A DNA stretch of 64,000 bases from a virus (IMGVR_UViG_3300034093_001947); one strand, 5' to 3'; counted from the stretch's first letter, positions 8,879 through 18,978 are shown. The notes: generated by a model not told the origin, from the sequence alone. Program-made: numbers and translations.

Positions 8879-9124
8879 ATGGGTCACGGTGGTAAGGGCG
8901 ATAGACAACGCCCTACAGATTTAAAAGCATTTAGCACAAACTATGATGCAATTTTTAGGAAGAAAGATATGCAGGTAAGAGTTAAAGAAGATGAAAGTAA
9001 AATTGGGCAATGCGGTTGTGGTCGTAGTCCAACAGGTAAGTGCATTGGGTGGCATGGACTGAATGAAGAACAATTAAAAGCTGCACAAGAAAAATATGCA
9101 GCCGAAGGAAAAACAAATGGCTAA
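8879..9124 (+). CDS. hypothetical Cys-rich small protein
   Basis: ORF with a CGCGRSPTGKC motif (possible zinc ribbon). Confidence 0.4.
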   Translation: MGHGGKGDRQRPTDLKAFSTNYDAIFRKKDMQVRVKEDESKIGQCGCGRSPTGKCIGWHGLNEEQLKAAQEKYAAEGKTNG

Positions 9125-9278
9125 AATTCAAGAAACTATTTTTGTTATTAAACTAAGTCAATTGGTTAGAGATCGAGGTGGCGACGGCAATACATTTGCT
9201 GACTTGCCTGCAACAATAGAACAGGTCATTCAAGAGCTAGTGCCCGGCGATGTTGTTGTTGAAGTAGAACAAGCATAA
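9117..9278 (+). CDS. small hypothetical protein
   Basis: Internal ATG with a GAAGGA RBS; the longer 9096 start overlaps the upstream gene. Confidence 0.3.
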   Translation: MAKIQETIFVIKLSQLVRDRGGDGNTFADLPATIEQVIQELVPGDVVVEVEQA

Positions 9279-9952
9279 TTAGGTACAGTATATTTTGTTA
9301 GTGTTTCTTCGGAAACACTAAAATTATGTTTGTAATGTGCTATCCTAAATTTTTGTTTAACGCTGAGATGCACTATTGCAACCGGATATAATCTGTCAAC
9401 CAGTGGATGTCCTAATAGATATTTTTCTATAGATGCTACTAGACAGTCAGTGGGATGTACTATTTTATGTAGTAGCCAATAAGTTCTGTTTTCTTCACCG
9501 GAGTTAGTTTCGTGTGAATTAATGAGGCGGCATAAAGGAAGATAAGCAGTTATCTTAACACTCATAAAAATATCAAATACATTTAAACTTTCTCCAATCA
9601 TCACACCCAATGTTAATAATGCAACTGCACCAGTGTTCCTACTTTCGGGTATAGAATTATCAGTTGGCAGCGTTCCGGCTAGCATTAGAAATCCAAACTG
9701 ACTAGAGTTCGGAAACGAATAGATAGAAAATGAAATTAAAACATTAGTAGATAAATCTTCAACAGCCAAGACACGGTATTCTGAATTTTTATCTAACAAC
9801 ATGTCTATAAGTATCCTTTCGAAATCCTCGTCAGATTTGATATTTTTAAGAGAACCTTGTATATGTGATTTGGATCGATAGATAGATAAAATACTTTCGC
9901 AGTCCAAAAGAGAACATTGAAAAGCTCGAAAGTTACCATATACTAGTTCCAT
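9230..9952 (-). CDS. hypothetical protein
   Basis: 240-aa minus-strand ORF in an otherwise plus-strand region, with no motif. The 3' end overlaps the plus ORF at 9117-9278 by 49 nt. Confidence 0.45.
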   Translation of the reverse strand: MELVYGNFRAFQCSLLDCESILSIYRSKSHIQGSLKNIKSDEDFERILIDMLLDKNSEYRVLAVEDLSTNVLISFSIYSFPNSSQFGFLMLAGTLPTDNSIPESRNTGAVALLTLGVMIGESLNVFDIFMSVKITAYLPLCRLINSHETNSGEENRTYWLLHKIVHPTDCLVASIEKYLLGHPLVDRLYPVAIVHLSVKQKFRIAHYKHNFSVSEETLTKYTVPNYACSTSTTTSPGTSS

Positions 9953-9967
9953 AATAATATTTACTGT

Positions 9968-10363
9968 TTGGTAAAATCAATGGTTGCACTATTGGTTATA
10001 CCGAGTGTATACTATGTCTATAGGAGGTTCATAATGAACGCTGAATACACACTTACACAATTGAAACTATGGTGCATTAACCAATCTAAAGATGAACAGA
10101 TTTGGTTTAATAAAGATACTACATATCAATGGACTAGGGGCAAAGACACTGCTACTGGATTGATTAATGGTGTAGTACGAAAGTTAGCAGGCATTGATCC
10201 TGCTGGCAAACAAATTTGGGTAGTAGCAGGATCTCTCAAAATTGCACCTAACGGTCAAGTACTGAGATTTACTGGCATTCCTAGCAAGGTCCAAAAGTCA
10301 TTTGAACCACACGCATCGAACACTGCTAATCCTATTGACTTTCCCCAAACTGAGTTAGCATAA
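9968..10363 (+). CDS. hypothetical protein
   Basis: ORF only; an alternative start at the internal Met (MNAEYTL…). Confidence 0.4.
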   Translation: MVKSMVALLVIPSVYYVYRRFIMNAEYTLTQLKLWCINQSKDEQIWFNKDTTYQWTRGKDTATGLINGVVRKLAGIDPAGKQIWVVAGSLKIAPNGQVLRFTGIPSKVQKSFEPHASNTANPIDFPQTELA

Positions 10364-10755
10364 TGTCAATGCATCTACATCACCCTAGCCTTAGTCTCAA
10401 TGGCAAGAAGAAGGGCAAAGTTAAATTTCGTAATGCAGACGAGGCTCGTAAAGCACGTGACCTCGACGAGTCTTGGAAAGAACTTCAAAAGAAATGGGCA
10501 GTAGAAGCCGAGGACAAAAAACGTAAGCGGGCACTGTCAGCTGAACCGTTGTCCTACAAATTATCTGCACCACCGGGCAGAGAAAACACATCACGAGCCC
10601 CTAGTCGGGGTGACGGAATGGGCAGTGCAACTCTTGCACCTCCTAAAGTATATACAGGCACAAAAGTCAAGGGCATTGCAACAATGCACAAGTCTAATGC
10701 TGTTCCGGTTTTCTCAGATGAGGAAGCAGTTGCAATTTCTAACATGAGGAGATAA
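10363..10755 (+). CDS. hypothetical basic protein
   Basis: ORF only. Confidence 0.4.
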   Translation: MSMHLHHPSLSLNGKKKGKVKFRNADEARKARDLDESWKELQKKWAVEAEDKKRKRALSAEPLSYKLSAPPGRENTSRAPSRGDGMGSATLAPPKVYTGTKVKGIATMHKSNAVPVFSDEEAVAISNMRR

Positions 10756-10756
10756 T

Positions 10757-11350
10757 ATGACATTTTTTGAAAAATACGGCATGCCTAGATCTAGCGAAGA
10801 ATTACGTGAAGAATATCTACTACAGAAAGAACAAGCAAGGATTAATCCCGCGGCAGAAAACGTTGATCATTACTCAGATCTAGGTTTTAAAAAAGTATGC
10901 TCAGTTAGAAGTACTCGAGTGGGCAATTACTGGGAATATACTCATATTGATGAATCAGTAATGTATGACTCACATAGAAGTTGGGTATACGTTATTACTC
11001 AACATGGTCGTATTGTCAAGATAGGAGAAACAGGTAATCCGTTAGGAATAAAAATGTCAGATGGACAACCTAAGCTAGGCACACAGTGCCGTCTCGGTCG
11101 ATATAGGAAAGGCGGCGGCACCGATGAGGATATTCGAGATATCCTAAGGATAGAAACACAAAATAAATTTCACATTCATGCTATTGAAATATATGCTATG
11201 AAATGTCCTGAGATTGATTTTCCTATTAAGATCTGTAATGAAGAAAAAATTATCAAATCTCAAATTCACAAAGAATTAGAAAAGGCTTTGTTAGACTATT
11301 TTAAAGCTAATATAGGTAAGTATCCTGATTGTAATGCAGGACGCTGTTAA
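10757..11350 (+). CDS. hypothetical protein
   Basis: ORF only. Confidence 0.45.
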   Translation: MTFFEKYGMPRSSEELREEYLLQKEQARINPAAENVDHYSDLGFKKVCSVRSTRVGNYWEYTHIDESVMYDSHRSWVYVITQHGRIVKIGETGNPLGIKMSDGQPKLGTQCRLGRYRKGGGTDEDIRDILRIETQNKFHIHAIEIYAMKCPEIDFPIKICNEEKIIKSQIHKELEKALLDYFKANIGKYPDCNAGRC

Positions 11351-11362
11351 TAAATATCTCTT

Positions 11363-12751
11363 ATGAAACCAACATTAAATGAAAAATTTCTCGCCTACCT
11401 AGCATTACTAAGCGGTATAACTCTTTCGATTGTAGCAGAGTACTACAGTATTCTCGGCCTGACTGCAATTTTCTCAGCCGCAGTTATCCCTGTTGTTATA
11501 ATGGGTATTGCTTTAGGCATAGGAAAAGTCACTGCTACATTATGGCTAAAACAAAATTGGAACATTGCACCCTGGAGTATTCGAACTTACTTGCTGGCTG
11601 CAATCGCAGTATTGATGCTGATCACATCAATGGGTATTTTTGGATTCTTATCTAAAGCACACTCAGATCAAAGCCTAGTATCGGGTGATGTACAAAGCAA
11701 GATTGCTATCTATGACGAAAAGATTAAAACAGCCAAGGACAATATAGATGCGAACCGTAAGGCTCTTAAACAGATGGATGAGGCTGTGGACCAAGTCATG
11801 GCAAGAAGCAGTTCAGAAACGGGTGCCGACAAAGCTGTTGGGATTAGACGCTCACAACAAAAAGAACGTGCCCGCCTTCAGTCTGAGATCCAAGCCGAAC
11901 AGAAAACTGTTGCCGCTATTAGCCAAGAACGTGCTCCAATCGCGGCAGAGGTACGAAAGGTTGAAGCCGAAGTAGGGCCAATCAAATACATTGCGGCATT
12001 TGTCTATGGCGAAACAGATGAAACAATTTTAGAAAAAGCAGTTACCTGGGTAATTGTTATTTTAATCATAGTGTTTGATCCGCTGGCTGTTATTTTATTA
12101 TTATCCAGCCAAATTAGCTTTCAAAAATTCCGTGAATATGAAGAAGGTGATTTCTTATTACACAATACAGTTCCTGCGTTTGTTGCAGATGTCAGTGAAC
12201 CGCCTACTAAAGAAAAAATCAAGGACGACCTGTTTCCGACATTTGAAGAAATTACGGAGGGTGACAGCCCACCAGGACCGGTTGTTGACATAGTCTCCCC
12301 AGAATCCACTGTCACAACATCTATACTAGAACAACATCCTTATCTTAATAATGGCTTTACACATTTTGAAGGCTTAGAGCCTATGGTGTATACACCCGAG
12401 CCAGTGGTTGAAAAGCCAAAAGAATATGTTGTAGAGGCTGCATTAATTGATGCACTAGAAGGCACAGTTAATCGACTGCAACAAGAAAACGACGACTTAA
12501 AAAATCAGTTAGAAGACTTGCAAAAGGCAGACTTTGAAGCTAAACTATCTAATGCACAGAAAACTGAAATACAAAGTTTGTATAGCAAAATACATCAATT
12601 AGAAACTAAGCTAACAGGATCTAGTGAATATGTGCAGAACGAAGAACAATCTAAAAGTGGATTGTGGAGAGCTATTAATTCGAAGATCAGTGAAGAAGAA
12701 TACATAGACAAAATACGTAAGCAGAATGATAACACTGATAACGCCGCCTGA
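11363..12751 (+). CDS. membrane protein with a long coiled-coil region
   Basis: Three or four N-terminal hydrophobic helices and a further TM near residue 215, followed by heptad-rich segments (…LQQENDDLKNQLEDLQKADFEAKL…). Confidence 0.5.
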   Translation: MKPTLNEKFLAYLALLSGITLSIVAEYYSILGLTAIFSAAVIPVVIMGIALGIGKVTATLWLKQNWNIAPWSIRTYLLAAIAVLMLITSMGIFGFLSKAHSDQSLVSGDVQSKIAIYDEKIKTAKDNIDANRKALKQMDEAVDQVMARSSSETGADKAVGIRRSQQKERARLQSEIQAEQKTVAAISQERAPIAAEVRKVEAEVGPIKYIAAFVYGETDETILEKAVTWVIVILIIVFDPLAVILLLSSQISFQKFREYEEGDFLLHNTVPAFVADVSEPPTKEKIKDDLFPTFEEITEGDSPPGPVVDIVSPESTVTTSILEQHPYLNNGFTHFEGLEPMVYTPEPVVEKPKEYVVEAALIDALEGTVNRLQQENDDLKNQLEDLQKADFEAKLSNAQKTEIQSLYSKIHQLETKLTGSSEYVQNEEQSKSGLWRAINSKISEEEYIDKIRKQNDNTDNAA

Positions 12752-13106
12752 TATATTTGAAAACGAGAACGACAGTATTCTCTTTATGAATATATCAGAC
12801 CAAGAGCAAGAAGATGCAAGCAAATGGTTCTCGGATCACTTGTTAGAGAAACCTATCAACCTATATTACTATCAAGGCGAGACTGATATAGGTTGGTTGT
12901 TTCATGCAATTTCAAAATCCAAAGCAGTGTACATCAACTGTAACAATGACAGCGATGTTACTAAATGGATAACTAGTTACGTACTCGGCAAGCCGCATGT
13001 TTTTTATTCGGCTGCTGATGAGAATTTCAAAGCGTTGATGAGTTATATTAACCAACAACTCGTTAACAATATTACTAAATTTCTAGAGGTTAATTTTGGC
13101 AAATAA
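12726..13106 (+). CDS. hypothetical protein
   Basis: ORF only. Confidence 0.4.
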   Translation: MITLITPPDIFENENDSILFMNISDQEQEDASKWFSDHLLEKPINLYYYQGETDIGWLFHAISKSKAVYINCNNDSDVTKWITSYVLGKPHVFYSAADENFKALMSYINQQLVNNITKFLEVNFGK

Positions 13107-14334
13107 AGATCACACTCCCAGTTGCAGTTTCTGCGGTAAGAGTAAAGAAGAAGTTGAAAAACTAATTGTTGGCGGTGACAACATTGCAATTTGTAATGAA
13201 TGCGTTGACCTGTGTCTTGACATTCTCAAAGACGACAAGGTTAAAAAATTCCCTACAGATTCTGCTCAGTTGCTTAATCCAGTTCGAGTTAAAGAATATC
13301 TCGATGAATACGTGATCGGACAAGCTGATGCTAAAATGGCACTGGCGGTAGCAGTATGTCAGCACTTCAAACGTATTGCTAAAAATAATCGTAACATTGA
13401 AATTGACAAGACTAATGTGCTGATGATGGGTCCAACTGGCTGCGGCAAAACCATGCTGGTTAAAAAACTAGCCGAGTACTTAGATGTACCATTTGCAATC
13501 TGTGATGCTACTGGACTTACTGAAGCAGGATACGTTGGAGACGATGTCGAAAGTGTTCTTGTACGTCTAGTTGGCAATGCTGATGGTGATATCAAGAAAG
13601 CAGAGCACGGCATTATATATATTGATGAAATTGACAAGATTAGCCGCAAAGGTGAAAGTGCCAGTATCACTCGTGACGTATCAGGCGAAGGCGTCCAACA
13701 AGGGCTGTTGAAAATGATTGAAGGCAGTGTGGTTAGACTGCCAGCAGGTGAAAAACGCAAACATCCACGCGGTGAGATGAACGAAATTGATACTCAAAAT
13801 ATTCTGTTCATTTGCGGCGGTGCATTTGTGGGACTGGATAAAATTGTAGCACGTAGAACCACTACTAGCTCAGTAGGTTTTGGCAGCAAACTAAAAGGCA
13901 AAGATGAAAAGAAAGATCTTTTCAAAGAAGTTACTACTAAAGACCTAATCAGCTTTGGATTAATCCCAGAATTTGTAGGTCGTTTTGGTACAGCTACATC
14001 AGTTGATGAGCTAACAACTGAACAATTAGTGCAAATCCTTAAAGAGCCAAAAAACAGTCTATTACAACAATATCAGTATATCTTTGAACTAGACGGAGTT
14101 GAACTTCAAATTGAAGATAGTGCATTAGGTGCAATCGCCGAACAGGCAAAGTTAATGGAGACTAACGCACGTGGTCTCAAGAATATTTTGGAAAAAATAC
14201 TTTTACGTTATCAATTCGAAGCCATGGATCTTGTAGCCCGTGGTTTAACCAAAATTGTGATAAGTAAAGAAACAGTCGAAGGAAAGCCGGCTGTGCTAAT
14301 TTTTGACAAAAAAGAAAATGAAAAGAAACAATAA
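13096..14334 (+). CDS. clpX: ATP-dependent Clp protease ATP-binding subunit ClpX
   Basis: N-terminal C4 zinc finger (CSFCGK…CNEC), Walker A GPTGCGKT and the ClpX-type IGF-like region; 412 aa. Confidence 0.9.
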   Translation: MANKDHTPSCSFCGKSKEEVEKLIVGGDNIAICNECVDLCLDILKDDKVKKFPTDSAQLLNPVRVKEYLDEYVIGQADAKMALAVAVCQHFKRIAKNNRNIEIDKTNVLMMGPTGCGKTMLVKKLAEYLDVPFAICDATGLTEAGYVGDDVESVLVRLVGNADGDIKKAEHGIIYIDEIDKISRKGESASITRDVSGEGVQQGLLKMIEGSVVRLPAGEKRKHPRGEMNEIDTQNILFICGGAFVGLDKIVARRTTTSSVGFGSKLKGKDEKKDLFKEVTTKDLISFGLIPEFVGRFGTATSVDELTTEQLVQILKEPKNSLLQQYQYIFELDGVELQIEDSALGAIAEQAKLMETNARGLKNILEKILLRYQFEAMDLVARGLTKIVISKETVEGKPAVLIFDKKENEKKQ

Positions 14335-14548
14335 TAAAGGTCTTAGTGTTGAAGTTAAGGATGACAATGTTAACGTTGCCCTTAGAAAATTCAAAAAGAA
14401 AGTAGAAGACTCTGGAAAACTAATTGATGTAGTTAAACGTCAACACTTTGAAAAACCCACCACTGAGAAGAAACGTAAAAAAGGAGCCGCTCGAGCTCGC
14501 TGGCTTAAAAAGCTCAGAGATGAAAGTCTTCCTAAAAAAATGTATTGA
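14303..14548 (+). CDS. rpsU: 30S ribosomal protein S21
   Basis: …VEVKDDNVNVALRKFKKKVEDSGKLIDVVKRQHFEKPTTEKKRKK… aligns with bacterial S21 (…VALRRFKR…EKPT.ER…). The start is either 14303 or the ATG at 14318. Confidence 0.8.
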   Translation: MTKKKMKRNNNKGLSVEVKDDNVNVALRKFKKKVEDSGKLIDVVKRQHFEKPTTEKKRKKGAARARWLKKLRDESLPKKMY

Positions 14549-14573
14549 CACCTTCGTTATTATCTGCTACAAT
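14545..14573 (+). promoter_or_regulatory. sigma70-type promoter placed for a leaderless or very short-leader transcript
   Basis: TTGACA (14545-14550), a 17-nt spacer, then TACAAT (14568-14573). The ATG at 14580 lies only 6 nt after the -10 hexamer. Confidence 0.5.
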
Positions 14574-14579
14574 ATATAC

Positions 14580-14816
14580 ATGAGCAAAAAACTTGAAATC
14601 AAATTTGCCCCTGGATGTTTTGATAACTTCTCAGGATCCCAAGATGAGCTCGACGAGCTGATGGCCGAAATCCAAAAAATGGCAGAAACCGGAGAGCTTT
14701 TCGAACAATCGAAACCTTTAGATATTGATGAACTGATTGACGAGGATCCAGAATTTGCAGAAGCACTTCTGCGTCAGATCAACGATGTTCCGTCAGAACC
14801 AAGAAAGTTACAATAA
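14580..14816 (+). CDS. small acidic hypothetical protein
   Basis: Start reassigned to the ATG at 14580; the ORF-track start at 14448 lies inside rpsU. Very acidic C-terminus (IDELIDEDPEFAEALL). Confidence 0.45.
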   Translation: MSKKLEIKFAPGCFDNFSGSQDELDELMAEIQKMAETGELFEQSKPLDIDELIDEDPEFAEALLRQINDVPSEPRKLQ

Positions 14817-15347
14817 ATGCCAAAACACCTAATGGTCGATATGGAGACCATGGCGGTCTCACCTAATGCAGTTGTCTTAAGTCTAGGTGCTGTACACTTT
14901 AATCCACACGGCAATGGTTACGGTGATAAACTTTACTTTAAGATTAACTTAGATGATCAAGATGCATTGGGCAGAGAAATTGATCCTAACACCTTAGATT
15001 GGTGGTCTAAACAAGATCCAGTTATTATGGAAGAAGCGTTTAGTCCAGATAATCGAATTAGTCTAGTAGATGCAATGGACCAGTTTCATAAATTTGCTTG
15101 GGGCTGCGATGCATTTTGGTCACACGGTGCAACCTTTGACTTGGTTATTATTGAAAACTTGTATCGTTCATTGAACAAACCGTTGCCTTGGAACTTTTGG
15201 CAATTACGTGATACTCGTACACTGTTTGATCTAGGTGTAGACCCGGACATGCCTAAAGGCAGCAAGCACGATGCATTGCAAGATGCTATTCGTCAATCAG
15301 TGGGTGTGCAAAACTGCTATGCTAAACTAAAAATTCGTCCAAAATGA
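14817..15347 (+). CDS. DEDD-family 3'-5' exonuclease
   Basis: N-terminal …MVDMETM… motif I (D-x-E), …HGATFDLVII… and a C-terminal …HDALQDA… fitting DnaQ-like exo motifs I-III. Confidence 0.65.
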   Translation: MPKHLMVDMETMAVSPNAVVLSLGAVHFNPHGNGYGDKLYFKINLDDQDALGREIDPNTLDWWSKQDPVIMEEAFSPDNRISLVDAMDQFHKFAWGCDAFWSHGATFDLVIIENLYRSLNKPLPWNFWQLRDTRTLFDLGVDPDMPKGSKHDALQDAIRQSVGVQNCYAKLKIRPK

Positions 15348-16117
15348 ACTGCAATATTGATCGCCTGCGGGCACGTATCTTCCATGGCTTAAAAAGTCTG
15401 CTCAGTGACGGTGACACATTGCCTCCTCGATTCCTTGAAGTAGCAATTTGTGAGAGCTTTGGATTAGAACACGTAGGCGACGGTAACTTTTATGCTGACG
15501 GCGTTAAAGACAAGATGCAGGCTAGTATCAAAACTCGCATGATGAATCCTCACTTGTTAAAGCGTAAACAAGGACGAGACTTTCAAACAGACCCTGCTAT
15601 GTTTCTTGGTCCTAAACAAAACAAAAAACATAAAAAGTTTTGGGCAGGATTGGAAATTGTACAGCGTCGACAAGCATTGCCGTTTAAAGATGCTACAGCG
15701 GCAGCAGTTAAAATTGGAACTGCAACTCTCGAAGCTTTTCAAACTAACATTAAAGAAAGTTTTGAAAAGTTTGATACTGATAAGAGTTATGAGATTGTAG
15801 GTGTACACGGGTATTCAATTGAAGGCGATTACATTGTCAGCCTTTACTGGCACGAATATGCTCCTATTGATCCAGCTACTATCAAGTGGACTAAAGAAGG
15901 TTACGGAGTAACTGGCTATGCAAAAGTAGGTGATCAAAGCATGGTGGTCTGTGAGCGTATTAACGGCAATGCCAAACGCGAAGCTACTTGTTATAAAGAA
16001 TACAAAAATTTAACCAAGCTGCCTAACAGTATTCACATCAAAGTTCCATTGCCAACTCCGTGGTCTTTTAACGAGGCAGAAATTCTTAAAGAATTAAACA
16101 GTGTCAGTAATTGTTAA
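15344..16117 (+). CDS. hypothetical protein
   Basis: ORF only; ATGA overlap with the upstream gene. Confidence 0.45.
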   Translation: MNCNIDRLRARIFHGLKSLLSDGDTLPPRFLEVAICESFGLEHVGDGNFYADGVKDKMQASIKTRMMNPHLLKRKQGRDFQTDPAMFLGPKQNKKHKKFWAGLEIVQRRQALPFKDATAAAVKIGTATLEAFQTNIKESFEKFDTDKSYEIVGVHGYSIEGDYIVSLYWHEYAPIDPATIKWTKEGYGVTGYAKVGDQSMVVCERINGNAKREATCYKEYKNLTKLPNSIHIKVPLPTPWSFNEAEILKELNSVSNC

Positions 16118-16331
16118 AATTCATTGGTCTCGTGAATTTGAAAACGAGAAGATGTGGAACGAAGTATGTATATGGGCAATTGAGTACTTTGGTTTGCCCG
16201 GAGATCGATTTGAAACCCGGGCAAACGTCAATTACATGGAATTCATTTTTAAGAGCCGTAAAGATGCACTCCTTATGTCTCTTAGGTGGAACGCAGAGTT
16301 ACTTGAACCAGCCGACTTTGAGACCGTTTGA
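16101..16331 (+). CDS. small protein of the MF[LI]LRW paralog family; the outlying sixth member
   Basis: …VCIWAIEYFGLPGDRFE…MEFIFKSRKDALLMSLRWNAE… shares the W…FG…W…F.FK..KD..M..LRW module with the 21.1-22.3 kb array. GTG start, or an internal ATG at 16152. Confidence 0.45.
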   Translation: MSVIVKIHWSREFENEKMWNEVCIWAIEYFGLPGDRFETRANVNYMEFIFKSRKDALLMSLRWNAELLEPADFETV

Positions 16332-16718
16332 TATACGGTGTTGCCATTCTTCAACGCTGCCTGGATAACGCCAAGCCCACACAGCACACAGCATCATAAA
16401 CAATCCTGTGCCTGCTACCGCTTTCCAATTATAGGTAGTAAACCAAATAATTAGTAAGCTACAATCCATAGTAATGAACATGGCCCATTTGGCCTTAGTG
16501 GGGAACACACGCTTCTCGCCCCAGTTGCTCAAGAACGGTCCAAATAACTTGTGATTCATAATCCAGTTGTGCATACGTTCGCTTCCTCTAGCAAAACAGA
16601 ATGCGGCAATCACTGTGGGAGTCGACCACGGGATACCCGGAGTTACGATTCCGATGTAGGCAATGCCTAGGAATATAAATCCCAGTGTTACCCAAAATGC
16701 TTTTTTAATTTTATTCAT
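16299..16718 (-). CDS. YbaN/DUF454-like inner-membrane protein
   Basis: Four hydrophobic helices and an N-terminal FWVTLGFIFLGIAYIGIVTPGIP motif typical of the YbaN family. Confidence 0.5.
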   Translation of the reverse strand: MNKIKKAFWVTLGFIFLGIAYIGIVTPGIPWSTPTVIAAFCFARGSERMHNWIMNHKLFGPFLSNWGEKRVFPTKAKWAMFITMDCSLLIIWFTTYNWKAVAGTGLFMMLCAVWAWRYPGSVEEWQHRISNGLKVGWFK

Positions 16719-17908
16719 AATATTTCCTTTAAACTTCGTGTTAGATAATCAATGTCTGCTTCTGTGTGATTAGGAGTTGGAGTTGCACGAAGTCGTTCTG
16801 CACCCCAAGGTACCGTTGGATAGTTGATGGGCTGAAGATATATAGCACGTTCTTCTAATAGCCAGTCACTGATATGTTTGCATTTTCTAGCATCGCGAAT
16901 CATAATAGGAACAATGTGCGTATCACCTGGCATCACGTCGATATCGTTTGACAATAAATGTTCTTTAGTTTGTTGTGCTACATTAAAAATTCGTGTTCTA
17001 AGTTCAGGATGATCTGCAACGTACTTAACACTGGCCAATGCCCCGGCACATAGTACCGGGCTCATGGATGTGCTAAAGATAAAGCCTTGTGCATAACTGC
17101 GTACCATATCAATTAAGTCACGCCCGGCGGCAATATAGCCTCCTTGAACTCCGTAGGCTTTGGCCAGTGTTCCTTGAAACACGTCAACACCTTCTACGCA
17201 TCTCTGCTCTTCGGCAACTCCGGCACCGCGACTGCCATATAGTCCTACAGCATGTACTTCGTCAACATAAACCATTGCACCGTATAATCGAGCAATATCA
17301 CAAACATCACTAATCAGTCCTTTATCTCCGTCCATAGAATATACACCTTCCATTGTAATGATAGGTTGTGCGTCAATAGACATAGTCTGTAGTATTTCTT
17401 TTAAGTGTGCAAGATCATTGTGTCGCCAAACTGTAACAGGTGCTTGACTGCTTTTCATTCCTACAATCATACTGTTATGATTATTACTATCACTAATGTA
17501 ATGTGCTCCGGGTATCATGCGACCCATAACACTCAATGCAGCTTGATTGGCCACATATCCGCTAGTGAACAATAACGCACTGGTCTTGTCATGCAGCTTG
17601 GCTAACTCCCATTCAAGTGCTACATGATAATGTGTAGTTCCTGAAATGTTTCGTGTGCCTCCCGAACCTGCACCTGCTGTATCTAATGCTGTGTGCATTG
17701 CGTCCAATACTACTTTGTGCTGGCCCATGCCCAAGTAGTCATTTGAGCACCAGTTGGTTATGTGTTTGATATTGTATTTGCCATAGTAAACCGCTTTCGG
17801 AAATTCTCCTCGTTCACGAAGGATATCAGTGAATACTCGATAATTTCCTTCAGTCTTGAGTTTTTCCAAACTCTGTCCTATAGCGTCTTGTGTTTTTGGC
17901 TTTATCAT
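16715..17908 (-). CDS. hemA: 5-aminolevulinate synthase (PLP-dependent alpha-oxoamine synthase)
   Basis: The N-terminal YRVF…RERGEFPKA and NDYLGMGQH blocks, the GTLAKAYG lysine block and the DEVHAVG block align with Rhodobacter HemA (YRTF…REKGAFPKA, NDYLGMGQHP, GTLGKAYG, DEVHAVG) along the whole length. Confidence 0.75.
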   Translation of the reverse strand: MIKPKTQDAIGQSLEKLKTEGNYRVFTDILRERGEFPKAVYYGKYNIKHITNWCSNDYLGMGQHKVVLDAMHTALDTAGAGSGGTRNISGTTHYHVALEWELAKLHDKTSALLFTSGYVANQAALSVMGRMIPGAHYISDSNNHNSMIVGMKSSQAPVTVWRHNDLAHLKEILQTMSIDAQPIITMEGVYSMDGDKGLISDVCDIARLYGAMVYVDEVHAVGLYGSRGAGVAEEQRCVEGVDVFQGTLAKAYGVQGGYIAAGRDLIDMVRSYAQGFIFSTSMSPVLCAGALASVKYVADHPELRTRIFNVAQQTKEHLLSNDIDVMPGDTHIVPIMIRDARKCKHISDWLLEERAIYLQPINYPTVPWGAERLRATPTPNHTEADIDYLTRSLKEIL

Positions 17909-17949
17909 AATGTTAGTATTTAACCATATAAATATTCAAAAGGTAAGCA

Positions 17950-18978
17950 ATGGCTAAAACAACTGAAATTGAATTTGACGGTAAAGACATAGTGCTGTTA
18001 GACGACGATTTAAACTACACTACGCATACAGTAGAATCTGTATTAAGTAAAGATCTGTCATTTTGGAAGGGCTGGCATTGTGCAATTGGCCTTCGATCGC
18101 TCTATATTGATTATGAAGGAAATGTAGTACGAGGAACCTGCAGGGAAGGTGGGGTAGTTGCTAACGTATACAAGAAATCCATTCCGTTAGACATTGCAAT
18201 AGGTAATAAATGGACAGTTTGCGGAAAGCAGATATGTTCTTGCGGTGCAGATATGGCTGTGCCTAAGGTAAAGCATCAAGAAAGCATACTGAGATTTTTT
18301 GATTCTAATAAAATTAGAGAATTCGATCTTAACTACAAATTGCCCAAAGTAGACGCAGAAGTTGTATATTCAACCAACTACAATTATAAAACCATAACAT
18401 GGGCCATAGGCCGTAGATGTAACTTTGACTGCTGGTATTGTCCAGAAAGCGATCACAATAACTTTGAAGCACACAAAGATTACGACACTTTGATGTCTGC
18501 TTACAATATATTATCAACTCAATGGATCAAAGGTGAACCTACTAAGTTCAGTATGCTAGGCGGAGAACTGACTGTATATAAAGACTATCTGCCATTTGTT
18601 AAAACCTTAAGAAAAGACGGTCATGGATCTATCACTACAACAAACGGTAGTAGAGATGCTGCCTATTATGCAGAGCTGGCACAGGTTAGCGATCTATGCT
18701 TTAGTTTACATTTGAATTACTTAAAAACTTTAGGGATTGAAAAGTTTGTAAAAAGTATAGATGCTGCTATTCGAAATAAGGCTGAGAATTTTATTCGAAT
18801 CCGCTTAATGGTAGACCCGGGTAATTTGGAATATGCTAAAGAAGTACACGAAATACTATTAGAAAAGTTTAATGGTCGTTGCCTAATCGCTATCAAACCT
18901 GTCCATGACACACAAGGTAAATTATTTCCATACGAGCCAAAAGAGATCATTTGGATACAAAACCCTATTGACAAATAG
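17950..18978 (+). CDS. radical SAM domain protein
   Basis: CNFDCWYC (CxxxCxxC) cluster after about 150 residues. Confidence 0.55.
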   Translation: MAKTTEIEFDGKDIVLLDDDLNYTTHTVESVLSKDLSFWKGWHCAIGLRSLYIDYEGNVVRGTCREGGVVANVYKKSIPLDIAIGNKWTVCGKQICSCGADMAVPKVKHQESILRFFDSNKIREFDLNYKLPKVDAEVVYSTNYNYKTITWAIGRRCNFDCWYCPESDHNNFEAHKDYDTLMSAYNILSTQWIKGEPTKFSMLGGELTVYKDYLPFVKTLRKDGHGSITTTNGSRDAAYYAELAQVSDLCFSLHLNYLKTLGIEKFVKSIDAAIRNKAENFIRIRLMVDPGNLEYAKEVHEILLEKFNGRCLIAIKPVHDTQGKLFPYEPKEIIWIQNPIDK

